NCBI GenBank assembly: GCA_964603995.1
Contig: CAZRXH010000001.1
Coordinates: 1,975-65,974, forward strand
Reading direction: 5' to 3'
Source: an uncultured Bacteroidota bacterium
Lineage (GTDB): Bacteria; Bacteroidota; Ignavibacteria; Kryptoniales; JAKASW01
DNA: 64,000 nt
The position numbers were made by a program, and so were the translations under genes. Below are positions 1 through 7,655 of this stretch, in pieces (the stretch's first letter is position 1; each line of letters begins with the position of its first letter). The notes below the pieces were generated by a model, which was given only the letters and a program-made list of their open reading frames with translations, was not told the origin of the DNA and did not search any database.

Positions 1-2
1 TG

Positions 3-602
3 CTGGCGGGGATAAAATTCGAGAACGCCATTGATTCCGTACAGATTGACACGAGCGGCGATAGCCCTCTTCTGTATGTCGACGGCAGCGACTCGAGCGT
101 GATTTTCCGCGGACCGTTTGTTATTCATGTGCGCGATACTGTCGCCATAGACTTCGCGAGCCAGACACTCCCGGCGGGAACTTATACCGGGATCAGGTTC
201 GCGATCCGCAGGCTGGGATTCGGCGAAGGATATCACGACAGTGATCACTTCAACAACCCAAACGCCGCTCCGCCCGATACCTCTGTTCAGAATTACTGCC
301 TGGCCGTCTGGGGCGCGGTCTACAAAGACAGTGCCTGGGTCCCGTTCGAGTTCAAGGAAAACCAGAATCTTGAGTTCAAAGTGAGAGGGAACATAACGAT
401 CCCCAATGCCACAACATCGGTCAACGTCGCTCTCAACTTCAACATGGGTTCGTGGTTCGTGAACCCGGTTACCGGCGCGACCCTTGACCCGACTGACATG
501 ACATGGCAAAACCAGATGATGATCCGCCAGGCGATCAGAGCATCCTTCGGAGATGGGAGCTGCTATCGTGAGATGAACCGTTTCGGCCATCATGGTGGAT
601 GA
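3..602 (+). CDS. hypothetical protein, 5' end outside window (DUF4382-like segment)
   Basis: The frame of ORF 99..602 stays open back to base 3, so the CDS is truncated by the window edge. The segment LPAGTYTGIRF resembles DUF4382-type proteins (from memory). A hairpin plus T-run follows. Confidence 0.55.
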   Translation: MAGIKFENAIDSVQIDTSGDSPLLYVDGSDSSVIFRGPFVIHVRDTVAIDFASQTLPAGTYTGIRFAIRRLGFGEGYHDSDHFNNPNAAPPDTSVQNYCLAVWGAVYKDSAWVPFEFKENQNLEFKVRGNITIPNATTSVNVALNFNMGSWFVNPVTGATLDPTDMTWQNQMMIRQAIRASFGDGSCYREMNRFGHHGG

Positions 603-690
603 TGGCGCTGAGCAACGAGGCAACATGGCAACGCTAGATTGCCGAATAGAGATATTTCAACAGTAGCGCTCCAAGACACAACAGCAGAAG

Positions 691-728
691 CGAAGCCTGT
701 CACCCCCCTCCGGCAGGCTTCGTTTTTT
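691..728 (+). terminator. rho-independent terminator candidate
   Basis: cgaagcctg (691-699) pairs with caggcttcg (714-722) and is followed by tttttt (723-728), 90 bp after the stop at 602. Confidence 0.6.
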
Positions 729-738
729 CATGCCATGG

Positions 739-1083
739 CTATCGATGTCGGGGATATAACTTCGGCGGAGCGAAGGACTTCTTCGGGATCCCCTCCATAT
801 CATCCGCGTTTGGAATGATCCTGAGCATTTTGTAGTCGATCGAAGAATCCGGCTTATGTATCATGATGAAATACTTGATATTGCCGATCACGACACCGTC
901 AGATTCCACCCGCGGATGGGGCGACCGGATTTCATCCCACTGCCTGTTCCATGATGAATCAGACACCTGCGTTGCCGTGCTGTCGGAATGAGTCGAGTCC
1001 GGCAGCGTCGCCGAATTTGTAGAAGCAACCACAAACATAAGCACTAGCATTACAGATGAGACTCGATTGCATACTCTGATCAT
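739..1083 (-). CDS. small hypothetical secreted protein
   Basis: Hydrophobic N-terminus (VMLVLMFVVASTNSA). ATGA start/stop overlap with the upstream TonB-like gene suggests co-translation. Confidence 0.5.
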   Translation of the reverse strand: MIRVCNRVSSVMLVLMFVVASTNSATLPDSTHSDSTATQVSDSSWNRQWDEIRSPHPRVESDGVVIGNIKYFIMIHKPDSSIDYKMLRIIPNADDMEGIPKKSFAPPKLYPRHR

Positions 1084-1769
1084 TTGTCTTTTCCATGCAT
1101 TTTCGAGTATTTCTCAATCATCATCTCTGCATACCGGACCATCTCCTCAGGGCCCATCGGAAACTCCTTCGACTCCGCTACAAACTCTTGATATGACTTG
1201 AGCGCTTTCTCGTATTCCTTCATTCTTTCAAAGTACATAGCAGTGTCGTATTTCTTTATCATGTTCTGGTACGACTGCCAGCCATTTTCCACCCTGATCA
1301 GTTCTTCCCTGTATTTTTCAGGTGGTGACTCAGAGCCGACATCCACCGTGACAGTTTTCATCTCCGGTTTAGATTTATAGCTAAAGGGGATAATAACCCA
1401 CACAGCTACCGGCTTATCGCGGAGAATTGCGGGAGTGAATTTGTACTTCATGGCAGCATCAATGGACGGCCGGTTGAATATCTCATTACTGCTCTTCAAG
1501 ACAACGGCTTTCTTCACATCTCCATTTGCATCGACCCATAGCTTCACGATAACGCGCCCGCCAATTTGTTCCTCTTTTGCCTCTTCCGGATATTCCGGTA
1601 TTGCCTGCGAGACTATCTGAGGCGGTGTATCGACATTTACGAAATCGGGAGACGCTCCTGAAGTATCCTGTGTTGCTATGCTGATGGTAGTCGTATCCTG
1701 CGCCCAAAGAGACGGGGAAAACAAAAAGGACAGGGCAAGCAACAAAACAATATGTTTCCTGGTTTTCAT
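1080..1769 (-). CDS. TonB C-terminal domain protein with signal peptide
   Basis: The segment PEYPEEAKEEQIGGRVIVKLWVDANGDV...AAMKYKFTPA matches the TonB_C fold pattern. I moved the start to the internal ATG at 1769 (MKTRKHIVLLLALSF), which is preceded by AAGGAGGAA. The longer ORF N-terminus (to 1925) is Arg/Ala-rich and looks non-coding. Confidence 0.75.
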   Translation of the reverse strand: MKTRKHIVLLLALSFLFSPSLWAQDTTTISIATQDTSGASPDFVNVDTPPQIVSQAIPEYPEEAKEEQIGGRVIVKLWVDANGDVKKAVVLKSSNEIFNRPSIDAAMKYKFTPAILRDKPVAVWVIIPFSYKSKPEMKTVTVDVGSESPPEKYREELIRVENGWQSYQNMIKKYDTAMYFERMKEYEKALKSYQEFVAESKEFPMGPEEMVRYAEMMIEKYSKMHGKDK

Positions 1770-1866
1770 CTCATTCCTCCTTTCGGTTCGCGCATCGACA
1801 CTGGATAAACGACTTGCGTCGGCATCCCGTATACCACCTGCGACGGCGGCGCTTTCAGGACCGCAT

Positions 1867-2229
1867 TTAATTCTCTCTGGTGCACGTCTTCCTGCATCGT
1901 GAGCCAAACGTGAACGAGAGCACAAGCAGTATCACCGCTGCGGCGGAAACGGCATACACTGGTAGCCTCAGATGGTACCTCAGAGGATTGCTCCTTACTT
2001 CTTTTCTCATCTTCTTCACGATCGTGTCATCAAGGTCGTCCGGGTACGGAAGTTTCCGGTCCTGAGCAAGCGATCGGAATTTCACTGCCAAGTTGAAAAA
2101 GCTCTGACATTGCTCGCATCCGTACAAGTGAGAAAGCACGCCGTCGAAGTCGTCCGCGTTTCCCTCCCTGTCCAGAAATACACTCAATTTCTCCTGTACT
2201 AAGTCGCAGTTCATAAATTCAGTCTCCAT
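1867..2229 (-). CDS. anti-sigma factor, zf-HC2 type, single TM
   Basis: H-x3-C-x2-C motif (HLYGCEQC), a C-terminal TM helix, and an 11-nt overlap with the upstream ECF sigma gene. Confidence 0.7.
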   Translation of the reverse strand: METEFMNCDLVQEKLSVFLDREGNADDFDGVLSHLYGCEQCQSFFNLAVKFRSLAQDRKLPYPDDLDDTIVKKMRKEVRSNPLRYHLRLPVYAVSAAAVILLVLSFTFGSRCRKTCTREN

Positions 2230-2545
2230 ATAACTTCTTGTAAATAGCAGCTGCCTGTCTCCTCGCTTTGAACAGTTTCGATTTCACGGCGGACACGGTG
2301 GTATCAAGCGCCTGTGCGATCTCTTCGTAACTCAACTCCTCCCATTCGCGGAGGATCAGTATCTCCCTGACACGGATTTCCCCGTCAAACCGGGCCGGGC
2401 TTTCGAAGAACCTGATGAAGACTTCCTGAACAACGTCCTTCGCTTCGTCCCCATCGTTCAGCATACGGCAGCAGAAATTGTAGATGCCGGCTTTGTGCCG
2501 GTTATAGACCGCCTCAAACTCCCCGCTCTTCTCTACTACGTGCAA
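2219..2545 (-). CDS. ECF-type sigma-70 family factor, abnormally short (108 aa)
   Basis: A region 2.1/2.2-like N-terminus (DVVQEVFIRFF) joins directly to region 4 (REILILREWEELSYEEIAQALDTTVSAVKSKLFKARR). TTG start preceded by GAGGTGA. Confidence 0.6.
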   Translation of the reverse strand: MHVVEKSGEFEAVYNRHKAGIYNFCCRMLNDGDEAKDVVQEVFIRFFESPARFDGEIRVREILILREWEELSYEEIAQALDTTVSAVKSKLFKARRQAAAIYKKLYGD

Positions 2546-2950
2546 GCTCTCACCTCTTCAGGTTGTGCCGCATTTCGTTCCTCCGACAAGTCCTTCAAAT
2601 CAGTTGCACACCGCGCAGACGTGAAACCATGGACTTCCAGATAACCCGCCAACCGGGCAAAGGTTGCTCTGAAACTTTCGAATTCCGCTCGTGAAATTCA
2701 AGCTTGGAGCGATCACTTCTCAAAGGCGTATATTGGGAATATGCCGGTCAATACTCTTAACCGCGAAGATCGCCGTGAAACGCCAAGACTTTTGATTATG
2801 AATTTTTGCGCCGCTCAGCGTGCTTTGCAGTCAAAAGACACTTTGATTCAGGCTTGCATCACCGGATCCGCGGGATTTCCGTTTTCAACCTTGTCCGACA
2901 TTGTCTTTCATCCCACACGCCGATAAATTGGAAAAAAGGCATGGCATATC

Positions 2951-5443
2951 TTGAAGAATGTAAAGAAGACTTCTGAGAAGACCTCACGCATACGCGAACT
3001 CACTCCAGACGAATTGACATGGCGCTGCCCGGAGAGCGAACTGAAATTCAATTCGACGGCGGAGCTGGAACCAATAGACTCGATCATCGGGCAGGAACGG
3101 GCAGTGAAGGCACTCCAGTTCGGCGTCGAGATAAAGAGCCCTGGATACAACGTCTTTATCAGCGGTCTCGCTGGCACGGGAAGGCTGACGACGATCAAAC
3201 GGCTTCTTGAAGAAATCACAGTAGAATGTACTCCATCGCCGGACAGATGCTATGTCTATAATATCAAAGACCCTGATAACCCAAACCTGCTCGAATTCGA
3301 CCGCGGACACGGGAGAAAATTCAAAGAAGATATTGAAGCGACGGTACGCTATCTGAGAAGAAAAATCCCGGAGCTTCTTACCGGCGAAGCATACACCGAC
3401 GCACGAAACAAAATCGTGGAGTCCTACGAGAAGCGCGAGAAAGCACTTCTGATGGAATTCCAAAAGAAAATTGAGAGCCAGGGATTCGCATTAGTGCCCG
3501 TTCAAGTGGGCCCTATCACGCAGCCGCAGATATTTCCGACGTTTGAAGGGAAACCCATTCAGATCGAGGAGCTCGAGCAGCTGGCAAGTGAAGGAAAGAT
3601 TACCATTAAAGAATATGCCGACGCGGAGGAGAAGCTGCAGGAATTCAGGAAGGAACTCGCCTCGGTCGCAAGGAAAGGATCTGCGCTCGCGGGCGAGTTG
3701 ATGAGAAAAGTCGAAGATATGGAGAAGCAGACAGTCGCCGGTGTGATCGGATTGATTTTTGAAGAATTGGAAAGCCGTTACAGAAGCAATCAGAAAGTGC
3801 TCGATTACCTGAAATCGCTTCAAGAGTATACGCTGGGAAATGTACAGATATTCAAGAAGGGGGATGAACAGGGCGCAGAGGAGGCAATGCTTCCGCCGGG
3901 TAAGATCGAGAGCGATCCGGTTATTGTTTACCGCGTCAACGTTATACAGGATAATACCGATAAAGAACCTTGCCCCGTAGTGATAGAGACAAGCCCGACG
4001 TACACGAACCTGTTCGGGACGATCGAGCGGACGGTGGACGTGCGCGGCTTTTTTCAGACCGATCATACCAAAATAAAAGGCGGCGCGCTGCTGCGGGCAG
4101 ACGGCGGATTCCTTGTCATGAACGCGCTTGACGCCCTGACGGAGCCGGGCGTCTGGAAAGCTCTGAAGAGAACATTGATCTACCGGAAGCTGGAGATACA
4201 GCCTTTAGACACTTTCTTCCAGGTAAACCCGATCGCTTTGAAACCCGAGCCGATCGACGTCAATGTGAAGGTCATCCTGATCGGCGATCCGTATATCTAT
4301 GACATTCTTTACGATTCCGAAGAAGATTTCAAGAAGATATTCAAGGTGAAGGCAGATTTCGACCGCGAAGCGAAGCGCGACGAACAGAAGATCGATGAGT
4401 ATGCGAGGTTCATCGCACGCATCTGTAAGGTCGAGAAGCTGATGCACTTCGACAAGTCGGGAGTCGCGGCGGTAATCGAATACGCGGCGAGACGAGCCGG
4501 GAGACAGGATAAGCTCTGGACACGTTTCAGCGACATCGCAGATCTGCTGCGCGAAGCGAGCTTCTGGGCTTCGAAGAACAGCCACACACTCGTGAACCGG
4601 GAAGATGTATTGAAGAGCCTGGATTCGCTCATCGAGAGGAACAATCTCTACGAAGACAAAGTGCAGGAGATGATCGAAGAGGATCTGCTGATGATCGACA
4701 CGACAGGAGAGCGTGTCGGACAGGTAAACGGTCTGTCGGTTTACGACATCGGCTACTACTCGTTCGGCAGGCCGACGAGGATAACCGCGGCTGTTGGTGC
4801 CGGGAAAACGGGGATCACGAGCATCGAGCGGGATTCTAACTTGTCCGGGAAGATCCACGACAAGGGAGTCGCGACACTCTCGGGCTATCTGCGCGAAAAG
4901 TTTGCGAAAGAGAAGCCGCTGTCACTTTCGGCGAGCATCGCATTCGAGCAGTCGTACAGCGGCGTCGACGGAGACAGCGCATCTTCGACGGAGCTTTATG
5001 CGATACTATCGAGTCTCAGCAATCTTCCCATCAAGCAAGGAATTGCCGTCACCGGGAGCGTGAACCAGAAAGGCGACATACAGCCGATCGGCGGCGTGAA
5101 CCAGAAGATTGAAGGCTTCTTTCAGGTCTGCAAGGCGAAGGGGCTGACCGGCGAACAGGGGGTCATCATACCGACACGGAACGTTAAGGACCTCGTGCTG
5201 CGTGACGAAGTGGTACAGGCGGTGAAGGAAAAGAAGTTTCACATTTATCCTGTCGCGAAGATCGAGGAAGGTATCGAGATACTTACAGGCAGCCCCGCCG
5301 GCGAGCAGAGCGCGAAGGGTGCGTACGAGAAGAAGTCCGTGTTTTATCTCGTTGAGAAGAGACTGAAGGAAATGTCCGGAGAGAAGGAGAAAGAGACACG
5401 GAGAACGGGAAAAAGGAAAACAGGAAAAAGAAGACCGAGATAG
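2951..5443 (+). CDS. Lon-like (LonC/COG1067-type) S16 protease with degenerate AAA module
   Basis: C-terminal Lon protease domain (GDSASSTELYAILSSLSNLPIKQGIAVTGSVNQKGDIQPIGGVNQKIEG, Ser-Lys dyad context). The N-terminal P-loop-like motif GLAGTGRLT has Arg in place of the Walker A Lys. The Walker B position reads FLVMNALD (no DE). There is a long coiled-coil insertion. The TTG start is uncertain. Confidence 0.85.
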   Translation: MKNVKKTSEKTSRIRELTPDELTWRCPESELKFNSTAELEPIDSIIGQERAVKALQFGVEIKSPGYNVFISGLAGTGRLTTIKRLLEEITVECTPSPDRCYVYNIKDPDNPNLLEFDRGHGRKFKEDIEATVRYLRRKIPELLTGEAYTDARNKIVESYEKREKALLMEFQKKIESQGFALVPVQVGPITQPQIFPTFEGKPIQIEELEQLASEGKITIKEYADAEEKLQEFRKELASVARKGSALAGELMRKVEDMEKQTVAGVIGLIFEELESRYRSNQKVLDYLKSLQEYTLGNVQIFKKGDEQGAEEAMLPPGKIESDPVIVYRVNVIQDNTDKEPCPVVIETSPTYTNLFGTIERTVDVRGFFQTDHTKIKGGALLRADGGFLVMNALDALTEPGVWKALKRTLIYRKLEIQPLDTFFQVNPIALKPEPIDVNVKVILIGDPYIYDILYDSEEDFKKIFKVKADFDREAKRDEQKIDEYARFIARICKVEKLMHFDKSGVAAVIEYAARRAGRQDKLWTRFSDIADLLREASFWASKNSHTLVNREDVLKSLDSLIERNNLYEDKVQEMIEEDLLMIDTTGERVGQVNGLSVYDIGYYSFGRPTRITAAVGAGKTGITSIERDSNLSGKIHDKGVATLSGYLREKFAKEKPLSLSASIAFEQSYSGVDGDSASSTELYAILSSLSNLPIKQGIAVTGSVNQKGDIQPIGGVNQKIEGFFQVCKAKGLTGEQGVIIPTRNVKDLVLRDEVVQAVKEKKFHIYPVAKIEEGIEILTGSPAGEQSAKGAYEKKSVFYLVEKRLKEMSGEKEKETRRTGKRKTGKRRPR

Positions 5444-5545
5444 GGTTGAGCAGAGAATAGATATATTCAGCGGGACAAGGCATCGACAGTCAGCAGCCAT
5501 GGTATAAGTTGAGTCATCGATTTCTTATTTCTGCGGGTCAATAGT

Positions 5546-5821
5546 TTGTTGAGTGAAGTGGATGCTTCGGATTGGGCAACTTACCGCTGGGAAGCTGGCG
5601 CAACCCATCCGGCCAGCGGCGCAGGTGATTTGGACGACGGTGCATTTCTTCGGGAGAACGGCGACTCTCGTCTGGCCAACGGAACCTGTCATCCTGCCAA
5701 TGGAACCTGTGGTTCCGCCAAAGGAACCTGTGCTTCTCTCAACGGAACTTGTCTTCCCACCAACGGAACCTGCCGTCCCGTGAATGGAACTTTTGCCTTA
5801 GTTGGCGGAACCTGTCCTTAG
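5546..5821 (+). CDS. candidate small ORF encoding seven x-N-G-T-C-x-P heptads (speculative)
   Basis: The ORF ends exactly at the end of the 21-bp repeat array. Differences between repeats are concentrated at synonymous third codon positions in this frame. There is no SD and only TTG/GTG starts, so coding status is uncertain. Confidence 0.3.
   Translation: MLSEVDASDWATYRWEAGATHPASGAGDLDDGAFLRENGDSRLANGTCHPANGTCGSAKGTCASLNGTCLPTNGTCRPVNGTFALVGGTCP
5675..5821. repeat. 7 x 21-bp tandem repeat
   Basis: The GGAAC core recurs every 21 bp at 5681, 5702, 5723, 5744, 5765, 5786 and 5807. The unit consensus is gccaaYggaacctgYNNtcc. Confidence 0.9.
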
Positions 5822-5940
5822 GCTGAGCGCGCATTTCGTTCGGACGTCGGAGACTATCCTTTGTTCAGACAGCGACGACTGTTGTTCGGACGGAGGCGAC
5901 AGCAGAAATTCGAGAAATCTGAGGGGTTCATCCCTTCTCC

Positions 5941-6051
5941 GTGCCAAGCTCCCGCTTGGCACGGGAGACCGTGGAGCTCTGCTTCTTCTGAGGTGGACAT
6001 AGACTGTGAAGCTGAGCTTCAAGAGCTACTTCCCAAGCAGAGCTTGGGAAG
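5941..6051. repeat. cluster of short GC hairpins (AAGC-N3/4-GCTT family), copy A
   Basis: Three hairpins: gtgccaagc-tccc-gcttggcac (5941-5962), tgaagc-tga-gcttca (6007-6021) and cttcccaagc-aga-gcttgggaag (6029-6051). The ~75-bp stretch 5975-6053 aligns with 7267-7339. Confidence 0.7.
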
Positions 6052-6208
6052 GAAGAGGCGGAGCTTTCATCTTCTGCAACCCGGCGGCGTACCCAGTCAG
6101 GAAATCGGCGGTGATGCCTCGTTCCTGCAGTCTCGCAAGATTGGCTTCTGCTTTTTTCGACAGAGCGCCGTGCTCCTGTTCGAGTCCTTCGGGTGTTGCG
6201 TATGGCAT
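6026..6208 (-). CDS. small hypothetical protein (60 aa)
   Basis: The ATG at 6208 is preceded by AAAGGAGGTGAATCACA (a strong SD at good spacing). I recognise no family. The 3' end runs into hairpin repeat copy A. Confidence 0.35.
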   Translation of the reverse strand: MPYATPEGLEQEHGALSKKAEANLARLQERGITADFLTGYAAGLQKMKAPPLPSQALLGK

Positions 6209-6470
6209 TGTGATTCACCTCCTTTCAGTTGCCTTTTTCAGCGTTAATAAAAGGAGGCAGTAAGGTGGAACAGTAATGGGAGTAGTGCCCTACAGCCCCG
6301 TGATTGCTGCGGAATTTAAAAGAACGTCAAGCCCGGCTTTATTGGAGCGTACCACCATGTCGCATGCGCACAGATGCACGACCATGGGGAGAGGTGATGG
6401 CACGCTGAATATAAGAGAACAGGCTAACTAAATACCGATTACGATGGGCCGCCGCGCAAGACGTTCCGGG

Positions 6471-6868
6471 TTAGAGGAGCTCGGATGGCGTCTTTCGATT
6501 GAGCCCGGTCCGGTCAAAGTCACTGTCAAAGCTGACTATTGTCAGCTTATATCTTTCCGCCACCGAGTAATGGTAGGCATCGTCGAAATCCAGACCGAAT
6601 CGTTCAGCATTATCGGATATACGCGTGATTTCAGCGAGTGGCATCGTCACTATTTCGACCCCTGCGCCGTAAATCATATCAACTATGAATTTGTCGAACA
6701 CTCCCTGCTGCTTGGCGCGAAATAGGAGAACGCCAATCGAATGCATAGAGAAATCGGTAATGTGAAACTCATGGGCGCATGCGTTGAAAGGAGTCTCTTC
6801 ACAATTTCAGAGTTCTCCTGTCGGAGCAAAACCTCGAGAAAAATATTCGTGTCGAGAAGGATTTTCAC
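6471..6868 (-). pseudogene. vapC: PIN-domain toxin VapC, interrupted by a frameshift
   Basis: ORF 6683..6868 gives MKILLDTNIFLEVLL... and ORF 6471..6746 gives ...FDDAYHY...SFDSDFDR. Together they make one PIN domain, but they lie in different frames. The frames switch near 6765-6775, where LSTHAP changes to HEFHITDFSMHSIG. Confidence 0.75.
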
Positions 6869-7074
6869 AATTCACCGATGCGCCACTCGGACACCTTGTG
6901 TTGTAGTTCAACTGAAGTGTATTGCGTTTTCAGGTTTTGCAATGCACCTTCCCAGTCGAATTTCGGTTGACCGTTCCTTTTCTTCGCCTGCTTCTCCACA
7001 AGAGACTGTGCATACTCCATTACTTGCTTCTGGAGATCCTCCGGCAGCTGTTTTATCATTTCCTCGATGCTCAT
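6865..7074 (-). CDS. VapB-type antitoxin (DUF2281-like)
   Basis: MSIEEMIKQLPEDLQKQVMEYAQSLVEK pattern. 4-bp ATGA overlap with the PIN gene. I chose the start at the internal ATG (7074) rather than the ORF start at 7110. Confidence 0.65.
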   Translation of the reverse strand: MSIEEMIKQLPEDLQKQVMEYAQSLVEKQAKKRNGQPKFDWEGALQNLKTQYTSVELQHKVSEWRIGEL

Positions 7075-7121
7075 GAAACTATTCCTTTCAAACCTGTCCG
7101 CAACTCGCAACCTTCAAGATA

Positions 7122-7150
7122 ACTTTATCACAACGTCGTCACTTTTGCAA
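7122..7150 (-). promoter_or_regulatory. sigma-70-like promoter candidate for the vapBC pair
   Basis: On the minus strand: TTGCAA (7150-7145), a 17-bp spacer, then TAAAGT (7127-7122), ~48 bp upstream of the ATG at 7074. Confidence 0.35.
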
Positions 7151-7230
7151 CATCCGGATCGCGGAAACCACAATGACGTAAGATCTACCCGTGTCAATGC
7201 AGCCCATCCTTGTTCCAAAACCTTCCCTTC

Positions 7231-7339
7231 TCCTTACCAGACTCCTGCCTGGTAAGGAAGGCTCAAAGCTCTGCTTCGGTCATGGAAACAGGAAGCGGAG
7301 CTTCCGGGTCGCCTTTCCCAAGCGGAGCTTGGGAAAGGC
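7231..7339. repeat. cluster of short GC hairpins (AAGC-N3-GCTT family), copy B
   Basis: Three hairpins: tccttaccag-N8-ctggtaagga (7231-7258), ggaagc-gga-gcttcc (7291-7305) and gcctttcccaagc-gga-gcttgggaaaggc (7311-7339). Aligns with copy A. Confidence 0.7.
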
Positions 7340-7655
7340 GACAGATATACTTCTTATTCTTCAAAAGGAACTCTAGATGCTTCGCGTTCAGAGTCACGGT
7401 CATAGGTGGTTGCTATGCCGCGAACCAATGCAGCAAATCGAAAATACCCTGCCTTTTCTAGCGCTTCAGCTTTCTTGCGATAATTCTGTCCGAGTCCCCC
7501 TGTAGAGGCCGGATTGCTCAAGTGCTTTTCTTGTTTAGTCATTTTGGCTACCTAGTGAAGGTGTTACCAGCGCATGGACATTTGGGTGAGAAATTAGCAA
7601 TATTGCACATCCTCTTTTTCGGCCCTCTGACATTTCTACCACAGTTCCCTTTCAC

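Noticed and set aside
1770-1925. Long N-terminal extensions in the ORF track: 1080..1925, 9145..9549, 31371..32765, 36648..37166, 43190..43837, 57349..57681 and 44569..45369.
   Set aside because: The extensions are Arg/Ser/Ala-rich with no protein-like character, and they often overlap the upstream gene. Internal starts with good SD sequences and canonical N-termini (signal peptides, MKVLVLNSGSSS and so on) were preferred.
5675-5821. The possibility that the 21-bp repeat array is a CRISPR array.
   Set aside because: The units are directly abutting with no unique spacers, the repeats are only 21 bp and imperfect, and no cas genes are present.
2568-5841. An identical 12-mer cgcatttcgttc (GAACGAAATGCG on the minus strand, reminiscent of an ECF -35 GAAC) at 2568-2579 and 5830-5841.
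   Set aside because: A rough estimate gives on the order of 100 chance 12-mer matches for all position pairs in a 64-kb window, so a single shared 12-mer is not significant. At 2568 the element would overlap the SD of the sigma gene.
7354-7542. ORF 7354..7542 (62 aa, minus strand) as a paralogue of the 6026..6208 mini-protein. Both contain KKAEA and both precede hairpin-repeat copies.
   Set aside because: It has no SD, and its similarity to the other ORF is limited to a few residues. It was kept out of the feature list because coding status is unsupported.
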